Source of the DNA: a virus
Taxonomy: Duplodnaviria > Caudoviricetes
IMG/VR virus record: IMGVR_UViG_3300042892_002922
Coordinates: 128,001-192,000 of that record
Reading direction: 5' to 3' (one strand)
Length of the DNA stretch: 64,000 bases
The notes beneath the pieces are model-generated. The model did not search any database and was not told the origin of the DNA. It saw only the letters and a list, made by a program, of their open reading frames with translations. A program made the translations under genes and the position numbers. Positions within the stretch are counted from its first letter, which is position 1, and the number at the start of each line of letters is the position of its first letter. Below are positions 53,316 through 62,170 of the stretch, piece after piece.

Positions 53316-53332
53316 AAGTAAAAATTAAAGAC

Positions 53333-53626
53333 ATGAAAAAGTTAATTGATTTAATTAAAACGTATAAACTACAAATACTAGTAGTTTTAACACTTTTTTT
53401 CTTCTTTCGCTCTTGTAGTAATTCAAGTAAAGTGACTAAGTTAGAAAAAAATGAAAAGAAAAATATTGCGACAATAGATAGTATCAATATTGCACATAAA
53501 AATGACAAAATCGCAATTCATAGTTTTTACGATAATTGGATTACACAAAAAGATAGAGGACCGCAGTTAATGGAATTACATTTTATCGTTAAAGAAAATC
53601 TAAAAAAAGAACAAGAATCTAAATGA
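53333..53626 (+). CDS. Possible lipoprotein or membrane protein (lysis cluster)
   Basis: Basic N-region, hydrophobic core and FRSC lipobox-like site; preceded by TATTTAT. Confidence 0.5.
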   Translation: MKKLIDLIKTYKLQILVVLTLFFFFRSCSNSSKVTKLEKNEKKNIATIDSINIAHKNDKIAIHSFYDNWITQKDRGPQLMELHFIVKENLKKEQESK

Positions 53627-55167
53627 AACATTGGCTTAGTACACATTATAAAACATTAATTGTTGCTGCGTTTTTGATACCAATCATAACTGTGGCAATA
53701 GTTTCAATATCTCACGTTACCCAATGGTACGGGATATCAAATCCCATTAGTTGGGCAATATATCTTTCAATAGGTATTGAGATTGCAGCATTATCGGCAT
53801 TAGCCGCCATCTCAGCAAACATGGGCAAGAAGGTGTATTTCCCATTTGCAATTGTTACCCTAGTTCAATTTATTGGTAATGTATTTTTTGCATATTCATA
53901 CATTGATATTGATTCAAAATCTTTCCAGGATTGGGTGGGTTTAGTTTCCCCGTTATTAGAATTAACTGGGGTTGAATCAACTGACTTTGTTGGTCATAAA
54001 AGATTTTTAGCGTTTTTTGCTGGGGGCATGTTACCAATAATATCTTTATCTTTCTTACATATGTTGGTTAAGTTCACAGAAGAAGATAGAGTTATTCAAT
54101 CTAAAGAAGAAACTAAACCAGTTGAACCTACACAAACAATCGAACAGTTAAAAGATTTTGTCGATGAAACAACAAGATTACATTTATCTGAAAATGATTT
54201 AAAGATACTTGAAGAGGCATTATTAAATTCACCACCACCAAACGAGGCGTTATTGAAGGCGGCTGAAGAACACAAAAGAAGAGGTGAGTTATTAAAGGAA
54301 ATAATGAAGAACGACCAAGAGTTGGGCTTATATGATGAAGAACCTTATGCTGGTGCAAGTATGTTCCCTAAAGAAGTGGAGTATACGGATGAATATAGTA
54401 AACCATTATATGAAAATCCAATACCAACACCTGTTGAACCACAAGTTGATTTAGAATTGGTTGAAGAAGAACCAGAAGAAGATATTTCTGATTGGGATGT
54501 AACACTAATGGATGGGTTAGAAGATGAAGAACCATTTTTTACTGAAAAAGAAACGGAGAATATTTTCCAAGAAGAACCAACAGAGGAAGAAATCCATGTA
54601 AATTTTTCCATTATAGAACCTGAAACTGAGAATATTTTCCAAGATAATACCACAGAAACGTTGGTTCCTGAAGAAGTGATTTCTAATTTATTAAATGAAC
54701 TTATTGAAGATGTCGATAATCAGGAATTAAGAACAGAAGAACAAGTTCCTGAATTATTTGTAATGCCAGAAGAGGTTGAAACTTTTAAAATAGATATTCG
54801 AGCAATTAACGAAATATTAAATGACGTTAATGAGGTTATTGATACAGAAGAAGATGATTTAAAAAAAAAAGATGAACTAGAAATAACATCATCAATTGAA
54901 ATTGTTGAAACACCTACGCCAACCCCAACGCCTACTGAAACACAATTAAATCGAGATACCGATTCATTATATTGGGAATCCGGTGAAAACCCAATCCCAT
55001 TAGTTGATGATGAATCACCAACACAAGTAACTTACGAAGACAACACAAACGAATCACCAATTGAAGAATCGGAACAATTTAATCCTTTTGGTTCTATTTT
55101 TCCAAGAGGTGGAAGTAAAATAATACCTAGAAATGTTAGAAATACGAAACGTAGAGGTTTTAGATAA
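53623..55167 (+). CDS. Multi-TM membrane protein with a long acidic disordered tail
   Basis: About 4 TM helices in the first ~150 aa, a Glu-rich tail and a short TPT tract. Confidence 0.7.
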   Translation: MKHWLSTHYKTLIVAAFLIPIITVAIVSISHVTQWYGISNPISWAIYLSIGIEIAALSALAAISANMGKKVYFPFAIVTLVQFIGNVFFAYSYIDIDSKSFQDWVGLVSPLLELTGVESTDFVGHKRFLAFFAGGMLPIISLSFLHMLVKFTEEDRVIQSKEETKPVEPTQTIEQLKDFVDETTRLHLSENDLKILEEALLNSPPPNEALLKAAEEHKRRGELLKEIMKNDQELGLYDEEPYAGASMFPKEVEYTDEYSKPLYENPIPTPVEPQVDLELVEEEPEEDISDWDVTLMDGLEDEEPFFTEKETENIFQEEPTEEEIHVNFSIIEPETENIFQDNTTETLVPEEVISNLLNELIEDVDNQELRTEEQVPELFVMPEEVETFKIDIRAINEILNDVNEVIDTEEDDLKKKDELEITSSIEIVETPTPTPTPTETQLNRDTDSLYWESGENPIPLVDDESPTQVTYEDNTNESPIEESEQFNPFGSIFPRGGSKIIPRNVRNTKRRGFR

Positions 55168-55759
55168 GACACTTTTGAATATCAAAAAAAGAAAATCTAA
55201 AAAAACACAAATATTATTACATGATACTCATAGACGGTTAGATGAGTACATTATGATGTTAAAACATAGAAAGGATGGGAAATATGAAGATATTCCCCAT
55301 TTTTGTATTGATAAACTAGGTAATATCTATAAAATATTTGAACCAGAATATTCATCAAACACATTTAAGACACCTAAAATAGATAATGGGCAAATTAAAA
55401 TTGCCATTGAAAATCTAGGTTGGTTAAATAAACATAGTGTAACTGGTATACTTTTTAATTGGATTAATAGCCCATATAGAGCCGACCCCTACATTAAGAA
55501 TTGGCGCAATTATAGTTTTTGGGATAGGTACACCGAACCTCAAATGAATTCCTTGGCGGAGTTATGTATGGTACTCTGTGTCGAGTACGATATTAACTAT
55601 CACTGCGTACCATCATCTGGTTATATTGAAAATTGTGAAAAGTTCCGCGGAATATTAAGTAAATCCAATTTCTCGAATATTTATACTGATATAAACCCTT
55701 CATTTAATTTTAATATATTCGAAGAACATGTCAAACAAGCAGAACTGGGGATACGATGA
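55133..55759 (+). CDS. N-acetylmuramoyl-L-alanine amidase (Amidase_2), probable endolysin
   Basis: QILLHDT, HFCIDKLGNIY, IAIENLG, YTEPQMNSL and TDINP motifs. Confidence 0.7.
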   Translation: MLEIRNVEVLDKTLLNIKKRKSKKTQILLHDTHRRLDEYIMMLKHRKDGKYEDIPHFCIDKLGNIYKIFEPEYSSNTFKTPKIDNGQIKIAIENLGWLNKHSVTGILFNWINSPYRADPYIKNWRNYSFWDRYTEPQMNSLAELCMVLCVEYDINYHCVPSSGYIENCEKFRGILSKSNFSNIYTDINPSFNFNIFEEHVKQAELGIR

Positions 55760-56240
55760 TACAAAAAAGATGTTAAACAAACTTAGAACGTTAAACGAAT
55801 CTAAGTCAAACACATCGTCAATCCTTAAAGAAGATATCCAACAAACTGAACCAACACCAGATAATGGGGTTGATTACACAGTAATAAACGACGTTGAGGT
55901 GAAAATTCACTCATCCGATGAAAAAGATTTAATTATTTCAGACGAAGAGAAACAAGCAATTTCACAATTAATTGATAATTTCCGTCAGCAAGTAGCTGAA
56001 TTAGCAGAATTTGAAGAGGGATTTAACATCACCACAGATGAGGTTAGATTAGACGGTACAATACCAGACAACGACATTAGTTTTGTTTTTGTTATTGGAT
56101 CTGAGAGTGGTGTCTATGTTAATTGCGACATGACTAAGTTAGATTCGGAAGTTATTCAAGTAATGGATAAACTTGAAAAATTCTATCACACATTTAGTGA
56201 TTCCGCTAATGATTTCATTTTAAATAGAAAAAACAATTAA
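55728..56240 (+). CDS. Acidic hypothetical protein, probable head protein
   Basis: TLNES and ILKED motifs near the N-terminus. Confidence 0.6.
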   Translation: MSNKQNWGYDDTKKMLNKLRTLNESKSNTSSILKEDIQQTEPTPDNGVDYTVINDVEVKIHSSDEKDLIISDEEKQAISQLIDNFRQQVAELAEFEEGFNITTDEVRLDGTIPDNDISFVFVIGSESGVYVNCDMTKLDSEVIQVMDKLEKFYHTFSDSANDFILNRKNN

Positions 56241-56241
56241 A

Positions 56242-56481
56242 ATGGCATTAAGTAACGACGATAAGAAGGAAATTGAAAAAATAGCCAAAAAGGAAATCAA
56301 GGATTTCTTAGACACAACTAAGGCACACGAAATTGTAATTAAAATCATTCAGAAAGAACTAGGTTCAAAAAAAATTGATGATAAGATAGTTGAGTTGTCA
56401 ACTAAAGTTGTTGTTGAGTTATTCAAAACCTTATGGCAAAGAAAAGGTTTCTGGGAATCAGCACTTAAAAGCGTTAAATAA
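56242..56481 (+). CDS. Small helical hypothetical protein
   Basis: 79 aa ORF coupled to its neighbours. Confidence 0.7.
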   Translation: MALSNDDKKEIEKIAKKEIKDFLDTTKAHEIVIKIIQKELGSKKIDDKIVELSTKVVVELFKTLWQRKGFWESALKSVK

Positions 56482-57371
56482 TGCAGTATACTAAGCCAAA
56501 TTTAAACCGCGAATGGAATGAAGCACGTAGATACTCATTTTTAAAAAAAATGGGAAAGAAGGTGTGGGTTGAGTTTGCTAGTAAAAATTTTCAGATTTTA
56601 AATTATGAATCAATTAAAGACCAATTAGGTAATGTTGATTTAGATTATGAAAATTTAGATAAAGATAAGAAAATACGCTTTGAAAGGGACTTTAAGAAAG
56701 GTGTTATTGAAATACCGATAGCTGTTAAAATATACGAGGATTATTACGATTTAGTAGGTGGTAACACAAGGTTAGCCGGTTTGATTAAAAACAACATAAA
56801 CCCAAAACTATGGGTAATAGATGCGGCGGATAAGATAGATGTTGAAGATCCAATAGAAGAAAGTAAAAATATTATGAAAAAAGAGAATAAAGAATCAACC
56901 GACGCTTCGTCATCTGGAGCATTTTCAGCCCCACTAGGCGCTAAAAACAAAGGTCTTGGTAAAGTTATAAAGAAACCAATTTCTGGGCTTAAAAACAGCA
57001 AGAAATACAATGTTGAGCAAGATATGGACGAAGCTACTGACGCTTCATCATCCGGGGCTTATGATGTACCATTCGGTGCTGGCGGTAAATCACCATTAAA
57101 GATTGGTGGACCAAGTAGTATTAAAAACAGTAGAGCGGTTAAAGATAAAAATTTTCCTAAGTGGGGTGGTCCTGGAGGTGTTTATGTTGCGGTAAAGGAA
57201 AAATGTAAAAAGTTTCCTTATTGTAACCAAGGGGATATTAATTCACTAGAGTTTATTTCAGAAGTAGAGGGTTTAAAGGAAGCAATTAACGAAGTTGCAA
57301 AAAAACACGGGTTTTCACCTAAAGAAGTTGAAAAATTAGTATTAAATGAAATAAAACAGATATTTATTTAG
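56481..57371 (+). CDS. Fusion of a ParB/Srx-like N-terminal domain and a probable head-protein C-terminus
   Basis: IPIAV...YDLVGGNTRL motif, two TDASSSGA[FY]xxP repeats and CKKFPYC. Confidence 0.55.
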   Translation: MQYTKPNLNREWNEARRYSFLKKMGKKVWVEFASKNFQILNYESIKDQLGNVDLDYENLDKDKKIRFERDFKKGVIEIPIAVKIYEDYYDLVGGNTRLAGLIKNNINPKLWVIDAADKIDVEDPIEESKNIMKKENKESTDASSSGAFSAPLGAKNKGLGKVIKKPISGLKNSKKYNVEQDMDEATDASSSGAYDVPFGAGGKSPLKIGGPSSIKNSRAVKDKNFPKWGGPGGVYVAVKEKCKKFPYCNQGDINSLEFISEVEGLKEAINEVAKKHGFSPKEVEKLVLNEIKQIFI

Positions 57372-57372
57372 T

Positions 57373-58698
57373 ATGAAAGTTAACGAATTAAAACAGCTAA
57401 TAGAAAATACCCTTGCTAAAGAGGTTAAAAAAGCAATATTAGAAAGTGCTGACGAAGTATATATAATAAAAAATAAAGAAGGTGAACCTATTGAAATGTG
57501 TGCAACTCAAGAAGAAGCAGACGAAAAATTAGATAGCTACCAAAAATCAGGTAAAGAATTCATCATCGAAAAAGAACCAAAACCATCCATTGACGAATTA
57601 GACGAAATGGGTGAAAATTTAGAAAACATGGAAACAGAAAAACAACCAATGGAAGGAAATGAGTTCACAGGAGCTCTTAAAGCAGCTAAAGATGCTGGTG
57701 AAGAATCATTCACAGTAGATGGTAAAGAATATGATGTTGAAGAATGCTGGTCCAAACAAATGGAAGAAGATGAGTGTATGGAATGTGGTTCAAATATGAA
57801 AGAAGGCGATGACTCTGAACACAGCAAAAAATTTGATATGGCAATAGATACTTCAAAATATAAGTTTTTAAAGAACATAAATGCTAAAACTTCAAAAGAT
57901 AAAACACCTGAAGAACATAATGAATCAATGGGCGACTCTGAAGACAAATATTCATTCAATAAATTAAAATTTGAACCAAAATCAGAAGAAGGTGAAGTAT
58001 CAGAAGATGATGCTCAAATGTGCTCTGAGTGCGGTTCTCAAATGTACGAAGGTGTGTGCAATGAGTGTGGTGGTGCAATGAATGAAAGCAAGAAAAGAAA
58101 GGTTAAATTAACTGAAAGTGAATTAGTTGACTTCATTAATAAAATAGTAAAAGAATCTGTTCCAGGTTTAAGAATAGCTACTGATATGAAAAGTAAAAGT
58201 GGTAAAATTAATACTGATGCAAACAAAGAAACTGGAGATAAAATCAAAAAGTCATTAAATTTTGAGAATAATAATAATCCAGATTTCCCTAATCAAATAG
58301 GTAAAGAAAAAGAAAAAGCAGCTAGAACAAATTCAGAAGATGAAGATGAATATGTTCAAGATTGGAGAGGTGGATCTATGTTAGATTTAAAATATGATAG
58401 TGAGCCATCAGATCAATTTAAAGATAGATTAAAGAAAGCATTAGAAGGTGACAAAACAACTGGAAACGCACAAGATGGTGACGTTGCTAATGTAATCAAA
58501 AGTGATTTAGGTAAAAAAATAGCGAAAGCGGTAGAAAGAAAAAAAGAAAACGTTAAAAAGATGCCATTGTACAAAAAAGATATTCAACCATCGAAAGAAA
58601 CATCGTCGGTTAATGAATCTTTAAAAACCAAATCAGTTCTTAATGAGGAAATCAAAAGAATGAAGGATATGGTTCAGTACAATAAAAAAACTCAATAA
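57373..58698 (+). CDS. Acidic probable prohead core or internal protein
   Basis: ILES, LTES, VNES and VLNEEIKRMK motifs, CxEC motifs, preceded by TATTTAT. Confidence 0.55.
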   Translation: MKVNELKQLIENTLAKEVKKAILESADEVYIIKNKEGEPIEMCATQEEADEKLDSYQKSGKEFIIEKEPKPSIDELDEMGENLENMETEKQPMEGNEFTGALKAAKDAGEESFTVDGKEYDVEECWSKQMEEDECMECGSNMKEGDDSEHSKKFDMAIDTSKYKFLKNINAKTSKDKTPEEHNESMGDSEDKYSFNKLKFEPKSEEGEVSEDDAQMCSECGSQMYEGVCNECGGAMNESKKRKVKLTESELVDFINKIVKESVPGLRIATDMKSKSGKINTDANKETGDKIKKSLNFENNNNPDFPNQIGKEKEKAARTNSEDEDEYVQDWRGGSMLDLKYDSEPSDQFKDRLKKALEGDKTTGNAQDGDVANVIKSDLGKKIAKAVERKKENVKKMPLYKKDIQPSKETSSVNESLKTKSVLNEEIKRMKDMVQYNKKTQ

Positions 58699-58746
58699 TA
58701 ACCTTTTAAATTTTCCTTTTATCCGCATATTTTAATATATTTGGGT

Positions 58747-59202
58747 ATGAGAAAACAGGAAGGGTATTTAGAATTTATCTCCTCGGAAAACTACAAAAAT
58801 CAAGTGGAGGTTTGGTATCGCGCTTATAATATTATACGCGAAAAGGTTGAATTGTTTCACGATTTAATCACAACTTTACACACTATTATCGAAGAAACCT
58901 ACTTGGGTCCTGATGTTCTAAATGAAGACAAGGATCAAAAGGGGCATTTCGATTGGTGCTGGAGAAAAACCCTGTCTAATTTCGAGAAAGAGAACATTCA
59001 TTTTAAAGAAAGTGGTGCCCACTATGACTATTTTTGGGCTTTTTTCCACGAAGCATTCTATATAAATGAGGTTGAAGGTAAGAACAATCGAATCAAAGAT
59101 TATTTTTATAAGTTATTCACATTCAATTACAAAAAAACCAGATCTGAGTTAGATATCCTAACTGAAATATACAAGGTATTCGAGTCAAATATCAAAAAGT
59201 AA
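58747..59202 (+). CDS. Hypothetical protein
   Basis: ATG lies 4 nt after TATATTTG (58736-58743). Confidence 0.7.
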   Translation: MRKQEGYLEFISSENYKNQVEVWYRAYNIIREKVELFHDLITTLHTIIEETYLGPDVLNEDKDQKGHFDWCWRKTLSNFEKENIHFKESGAHYDYFWAFFHEAFYINEVEGKNNRIKDYFYKLFTFNYKKTRSELDILTEIYKVFESNIKK

Positions 59203-59268
59203 AAAAAAACCTCGATATTGACTTGTTAAACCGGGTTTTTTTATGTACATTAGTTCAAAATAATTACT

Positions 59269-59448
59269 ATGGAAACTTTAAAGAAAATCAAAGAGCTTGT
59301 CGAAAAGATGTCTGTTGATACCCAAAAAGTGTTTGAAAAGGGAAATAGAAGTGCATCTATTAGGGCAAGAAAACATGCACAAGAAATTAAAGCGCTATTA
59401 GGTGTATACAGAAAAGATGTTCTAGAAGAAATTAAAAAACATGATTAA
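59269..59448 (+). CDS. Histone H1-like (Hc1-type) small DNA-binding protein, missed by the ORF track
   Basis: 59 aa: METLKKIKELVEKMSVDTQKVFEKGNRSASIRARKHAQEIKALLGVYRKDVLEEIKKHD. The KGN..A..RARK motif matches the Bacteroidota Hc1-like family. Confidence 0.75.
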   Translation: METLKKIKELVEKMSVDTQKVFEKGNRSASIRARKHAQEIKALLGVYRKDVLEEIKKHD

Positions 59449-59620
59449 ACAAATCGAAACATTTTTATTGGTACTCAGTTTAGTGTACCTATTAAGGTTT
59501 GCTATTGAGTTTCTTCTTAAATTAAGAGATGAAAATCCTAAACCCATAGAGATTGCTAAAGTGAATCAAGTGTTCATTTATTTAGCAATTTCATATGTGA
59601 TAACATTTATTATTGTATAA
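59441..59620 (+). CDS. Small two-TM membrane protein, missed by the ORF track
   Basis: 59 aa: MIKQIETFLLVLSLVYLLRFAIEFLLKLRDENPKPIEIAKVNQVFIYLAISYVITFIIV. Confidence 0.7.
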   Translation: MIKQIETFLLVLSLVYLLRFAIEFLLKLRDENPKPIEIAKVNQVFIYLAISYVITFIIV

Positions 59621-59621
59621 C

Positions 59622-60095
59622 GTGTACGAACTAATATCAGATTTACGACCATATTTCTTTTCATTGCGAGAGATTGAAAAGAATGTCAGCTTAGACCTAA
59701 GAATACCAACAAACTGGAGGATAGAACATATCCAAGAAGTTGTGTCGCAATATAAATCAATGGGGTATAAAGTTCAAGACAAGAACGACAAATACCAATT
59801 AGTTTCATTAATTGCATTAGCAACACAAGAGGGGTATAATACTGCAAGGTCATGTGCCATAGAAATAATTAAATACAATCTTGAATTAGAAGAAAAGGAA
59901 ATATTATTTAAGGATAAGCAAAGGCAATTGCAAGAAGAATATCAAAACAAGATTAGAGAATTACAGGATCAATTTAAAAGCGAACCATTAGATAAATTAA
60001 AAGGAATTAATATTCAAAAAGAAGATGGAGAAACGGATAAAACAGGGGCTGGACTGGTTGAATCGGGAGATGGGGAAGGACCAGACGGAGATTGA
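59622..60095 (+). CDS. Hypothetical coiled-coil protein
   Basis: Probable GTG start at 59622, immediately after the previous stop (track start 59613). Confidence 0.65.
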   Translation: MYELISDLRPYFFSLREIEKNVSLDLRIPTNWRIEHIQEVVSQYKSMGYKVQDKNDKYQLVSLIALATQEGYNTARSCAIEIIKYNLELEEKEILFKDKQRQLQEEYQNKIRELQDQFKSEPLDKLKGINIQKEDGETDKTGAGLVESGDGEGPDGD

Positions 60096-60228
60096 TTTGC
60101 ATAAGCAAAAAGTAATAGAAGAAATAAAAAAAATAGATAAATCAAAATTCTTTCAACCTAAACCAAAGAAAAAGATATCTATATTAGATAAGATATTAAT
60201 GATTTTCGGATATGGAAAAAAAGGGTGA
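60025..60228 (+). CDS. Hypothetical protein
   Basis: 67 aa ORF overlapping both neighbours. Confidence 0.6.
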   Translation: MEKRIKQGLDWLNREMGKDQTEIDLHKQKVIEEIKKIDKSKFFQPKPKKKISILDKILMIFGYGKKG

Positions 60229-60445
60229 CTTATTTAATCAATTAGCGATAATATCTGATTTAGTTGAAAGGTGTAACTTGGTTAGTGTTTCAAGTACAAT
60301 TGTTTTTGAATTAAACAGAGCAGAGTTTGAAAAAGTTTATACTTTAGTTACTCGTAAAACTAAAATGAGCGGCGGTATGCCAAAAGACACTTTTAATATT
60401 CAAATAGGCGAGGTTAACATATTATTTAATATGAATAATGCCTAA
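60212..60445 (+). CDS. Hypothetical protein
   Basis: 77 aa ORF. Confidence 0.6.
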   Translation: MEKKGDLFNQLAIISDLVERCNLVSVSSTIVFELNRAEFEKVYTLVTRKTKMSGGMPKDTFNIQIGEVNILFNMNNA

Positions 60446-61073
60446 ACAATTCATGCCTACTAAAACCCTTCGTGATTAAAAAATCATAGAGTAGTTTTCT
60501 TTGATAGGTTGTGATATCTTTAATGAAAAGAAAGTTCCTTCTTTTCTTCTTATGTAAATCATTTTTTACTAATTCAAATAATCTATCAGTATCATGTAGA
60601 TTTTTGTTGCCAAACACTTTGACATCATTTTCTATTTGAACGAATATTTTATTGTTCAATGTGAATATCTGACAAATCTCCTCAATCCTATTAAGTTTGA
60701 ACATCATTTCGTGATAACGGATGTGTTTTTTTTGTTCAAAATCATAGATACGTTCTTCTTCCCACCAAGGTATTATTTCTTTAACCCTAAACTTAGGATC
60801 ATCCAAGGACACCTCGATATTTCTACCTAGTTCGTCTTTTTTATATGCTTTATCAGTAGTTGACCATCTATTGATGGGGTAAACTAGGAACAATTCAAAA
60901 TTTAACTTAGTACGCTTTCTACCTCTAATTTCAGCACAGTATGTTGGTTTTCTTTGCGTTTTATACTCTGACCAGTAGTCCATAATAGTGCTACGTTTTG
61001 CACACTTATGTAGAACTTTCTTCTTTACACCATTTAGATATAAGATTATGAAATACTTAAAATTCTGCTTCAT
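60426..61073 (-). CDS. Hypothetical basic protein
   Basis: Start refined to MKQNFKY (61073), coupled by an ATGA overlap to the upstream small ORF. Confidence 0.7.
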   Translation of the reverse strand: MKQNFKYFIILYLNGVKKKVLHKCAKRSTIMDYWSEYKTQRKPTYCAEIRGRKRTKLNFELFLVYPINRWSTTDKAYKKDELGRNIEVSLDDPKFRVKEIIPWWEEERIYDFEQKKHIRYHEMMFKLNRIEEICQIFTLNNKIFVQIENDVKVFGNKNLHDTDRLFELVKNDLHKKKRRNFLFIKDITTYQRKLLYDFLITKGFSRHELFRHYSY

Positions 61074-61219
61074 ATGAATTTGGTAATTAAAGAATAAATC
61101 CCATAAACAGCAAATGCTGACCAGATAACGAGGAACCAAATAGCTGATTTTGTGGTATATTCGCTAACCTCATCAAACTGTCTTTTTAATTCTTTCTTTT
61201 TACAACTTGTACATGACAT
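61070..61219 (-). CDS. 49 aa CxxC and TM microprotein, missed by the ORF track
   Basis: MSCTSCKKKELKRQFDEVSEYTTKSAIWFLVIWSAFAVYGIYSLITKFI; its stop overlaps the next start. Confidence 0.65.
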   Translation of the reverse strand: MSCTSCKKKELKRQFDEVSEYTTKSAIWFLVIWSAFAVYGIYSLITKFI

Positions 61220-61319
61220 AAGGTAATATAGTGGTTTATTATATATATTTCAACCCAATATTTCTTTTTTTGTTTTTTTTGTAATATATTTAATAATCTA
61301 ATTAAAAATATTTATTAGA

Positions 61320-61844
61320 ATGGAAAACAAATGGTATGTGTTAAAAGTAACACCAGGAAAAGAAAGACAAATGAATGAAAATTTTAATACGTTAATCGCA
61401 TTAGATAGAATGGGTTACGTAAATAGATTCATATGCCCAATGGAAAAGGAGTTTGTTGTATTAAGAAAAAAGAAGGTTTTAAGGGATAAAATATTGTATA
61501 GCGGATATCTTTATTTTGAAACACCAAGAGAATTAAACGATAATGAATTAAAAGAAATCTCAAGCCATCCTTTTGTTATGTCTATGTTAGGGGATAAGAA
61601 ACCTAGATTGATGGGTAGACACGATATTGGTAAAATTATTAAAGATGAGATGTTAAATGAACATAAGTATGTAAAATCAATTACCTTTGTAGCAGGTGAG
61701 GATGTTGTATTAACAGACGGACCATTTGCTTCATTCAACGGTACCATTATAGAAATTAAAGGTGACAAAGTGGAATTGCAAGTTAAAATTTTTGGTCGCT
61801 TAACACCTGTAACAATAGACATTCAAAATATTAAAAAGATATGA
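61320..61844 (+). CDS. nusG: NusG-family transcription elongation factor
   Basis: NGN domain KWYVLKVTPGKE...YSGYLYFE and KOW domain GEDVVLTDGPFASFNGTI...VKIFGRLTPV. Confidence 0.92.
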   Translation: MENKWYVLKVTPGKERQMNENFNTLIALDRMGYVNRFICPMEKEFVVLRKKKVLRDKILYSGYLYFETPRELNDNELKEISSHPFVMSMLGDKKPRLMGRHDIGKIIKDEMLNEHKYVKSITFVAGEDVVLTDGPFASFNGTIIEIKGDKVELQVKIFGRLTPVTIDIQNIKKI

Positions 61845-62134
61845 GTAACCCAGAAGTTTTAATATACGTAGAACGCATTAAACATTTCCTTAAAATAAAT
61901 GAAGATGCTAGAAACTATTTCATTGTTAATGGTAATGAAGATAAATTTTTCACCCAACTATCAAACATTTCAGAAAAAAACTTTAAAAAGAACGGAGAAC
62001 CAGAATTGACAAAAGAGCAAATGGAATCCTTGCGTTTAAATGTTGTGTTAGAAACCGTTGAAGAAAGACCAAAGTATAGACAAGAAGGTATCTATTTTAT
62101 TTTTAACGATTATCCACCAACTTCATTGAATTAG
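61841..62134 (+). CDS. Hypothetical protein
   Basis: 97 aa ORF overlapping the nusG stop. Confidence 0.65.
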   Translation: MSNPEVLIYVERIKHFLKINEDARNYFIVNGNEDKFFTQLSNISEKNFKKNGEPELTKEQMESLRLNVVLETVEERPKYRQEGIYFIFNDYPPTSLN

Positions 62135-62170
62135 GTTTCACTTTTCACTTTTTTTCCGTATCTTTAATTT

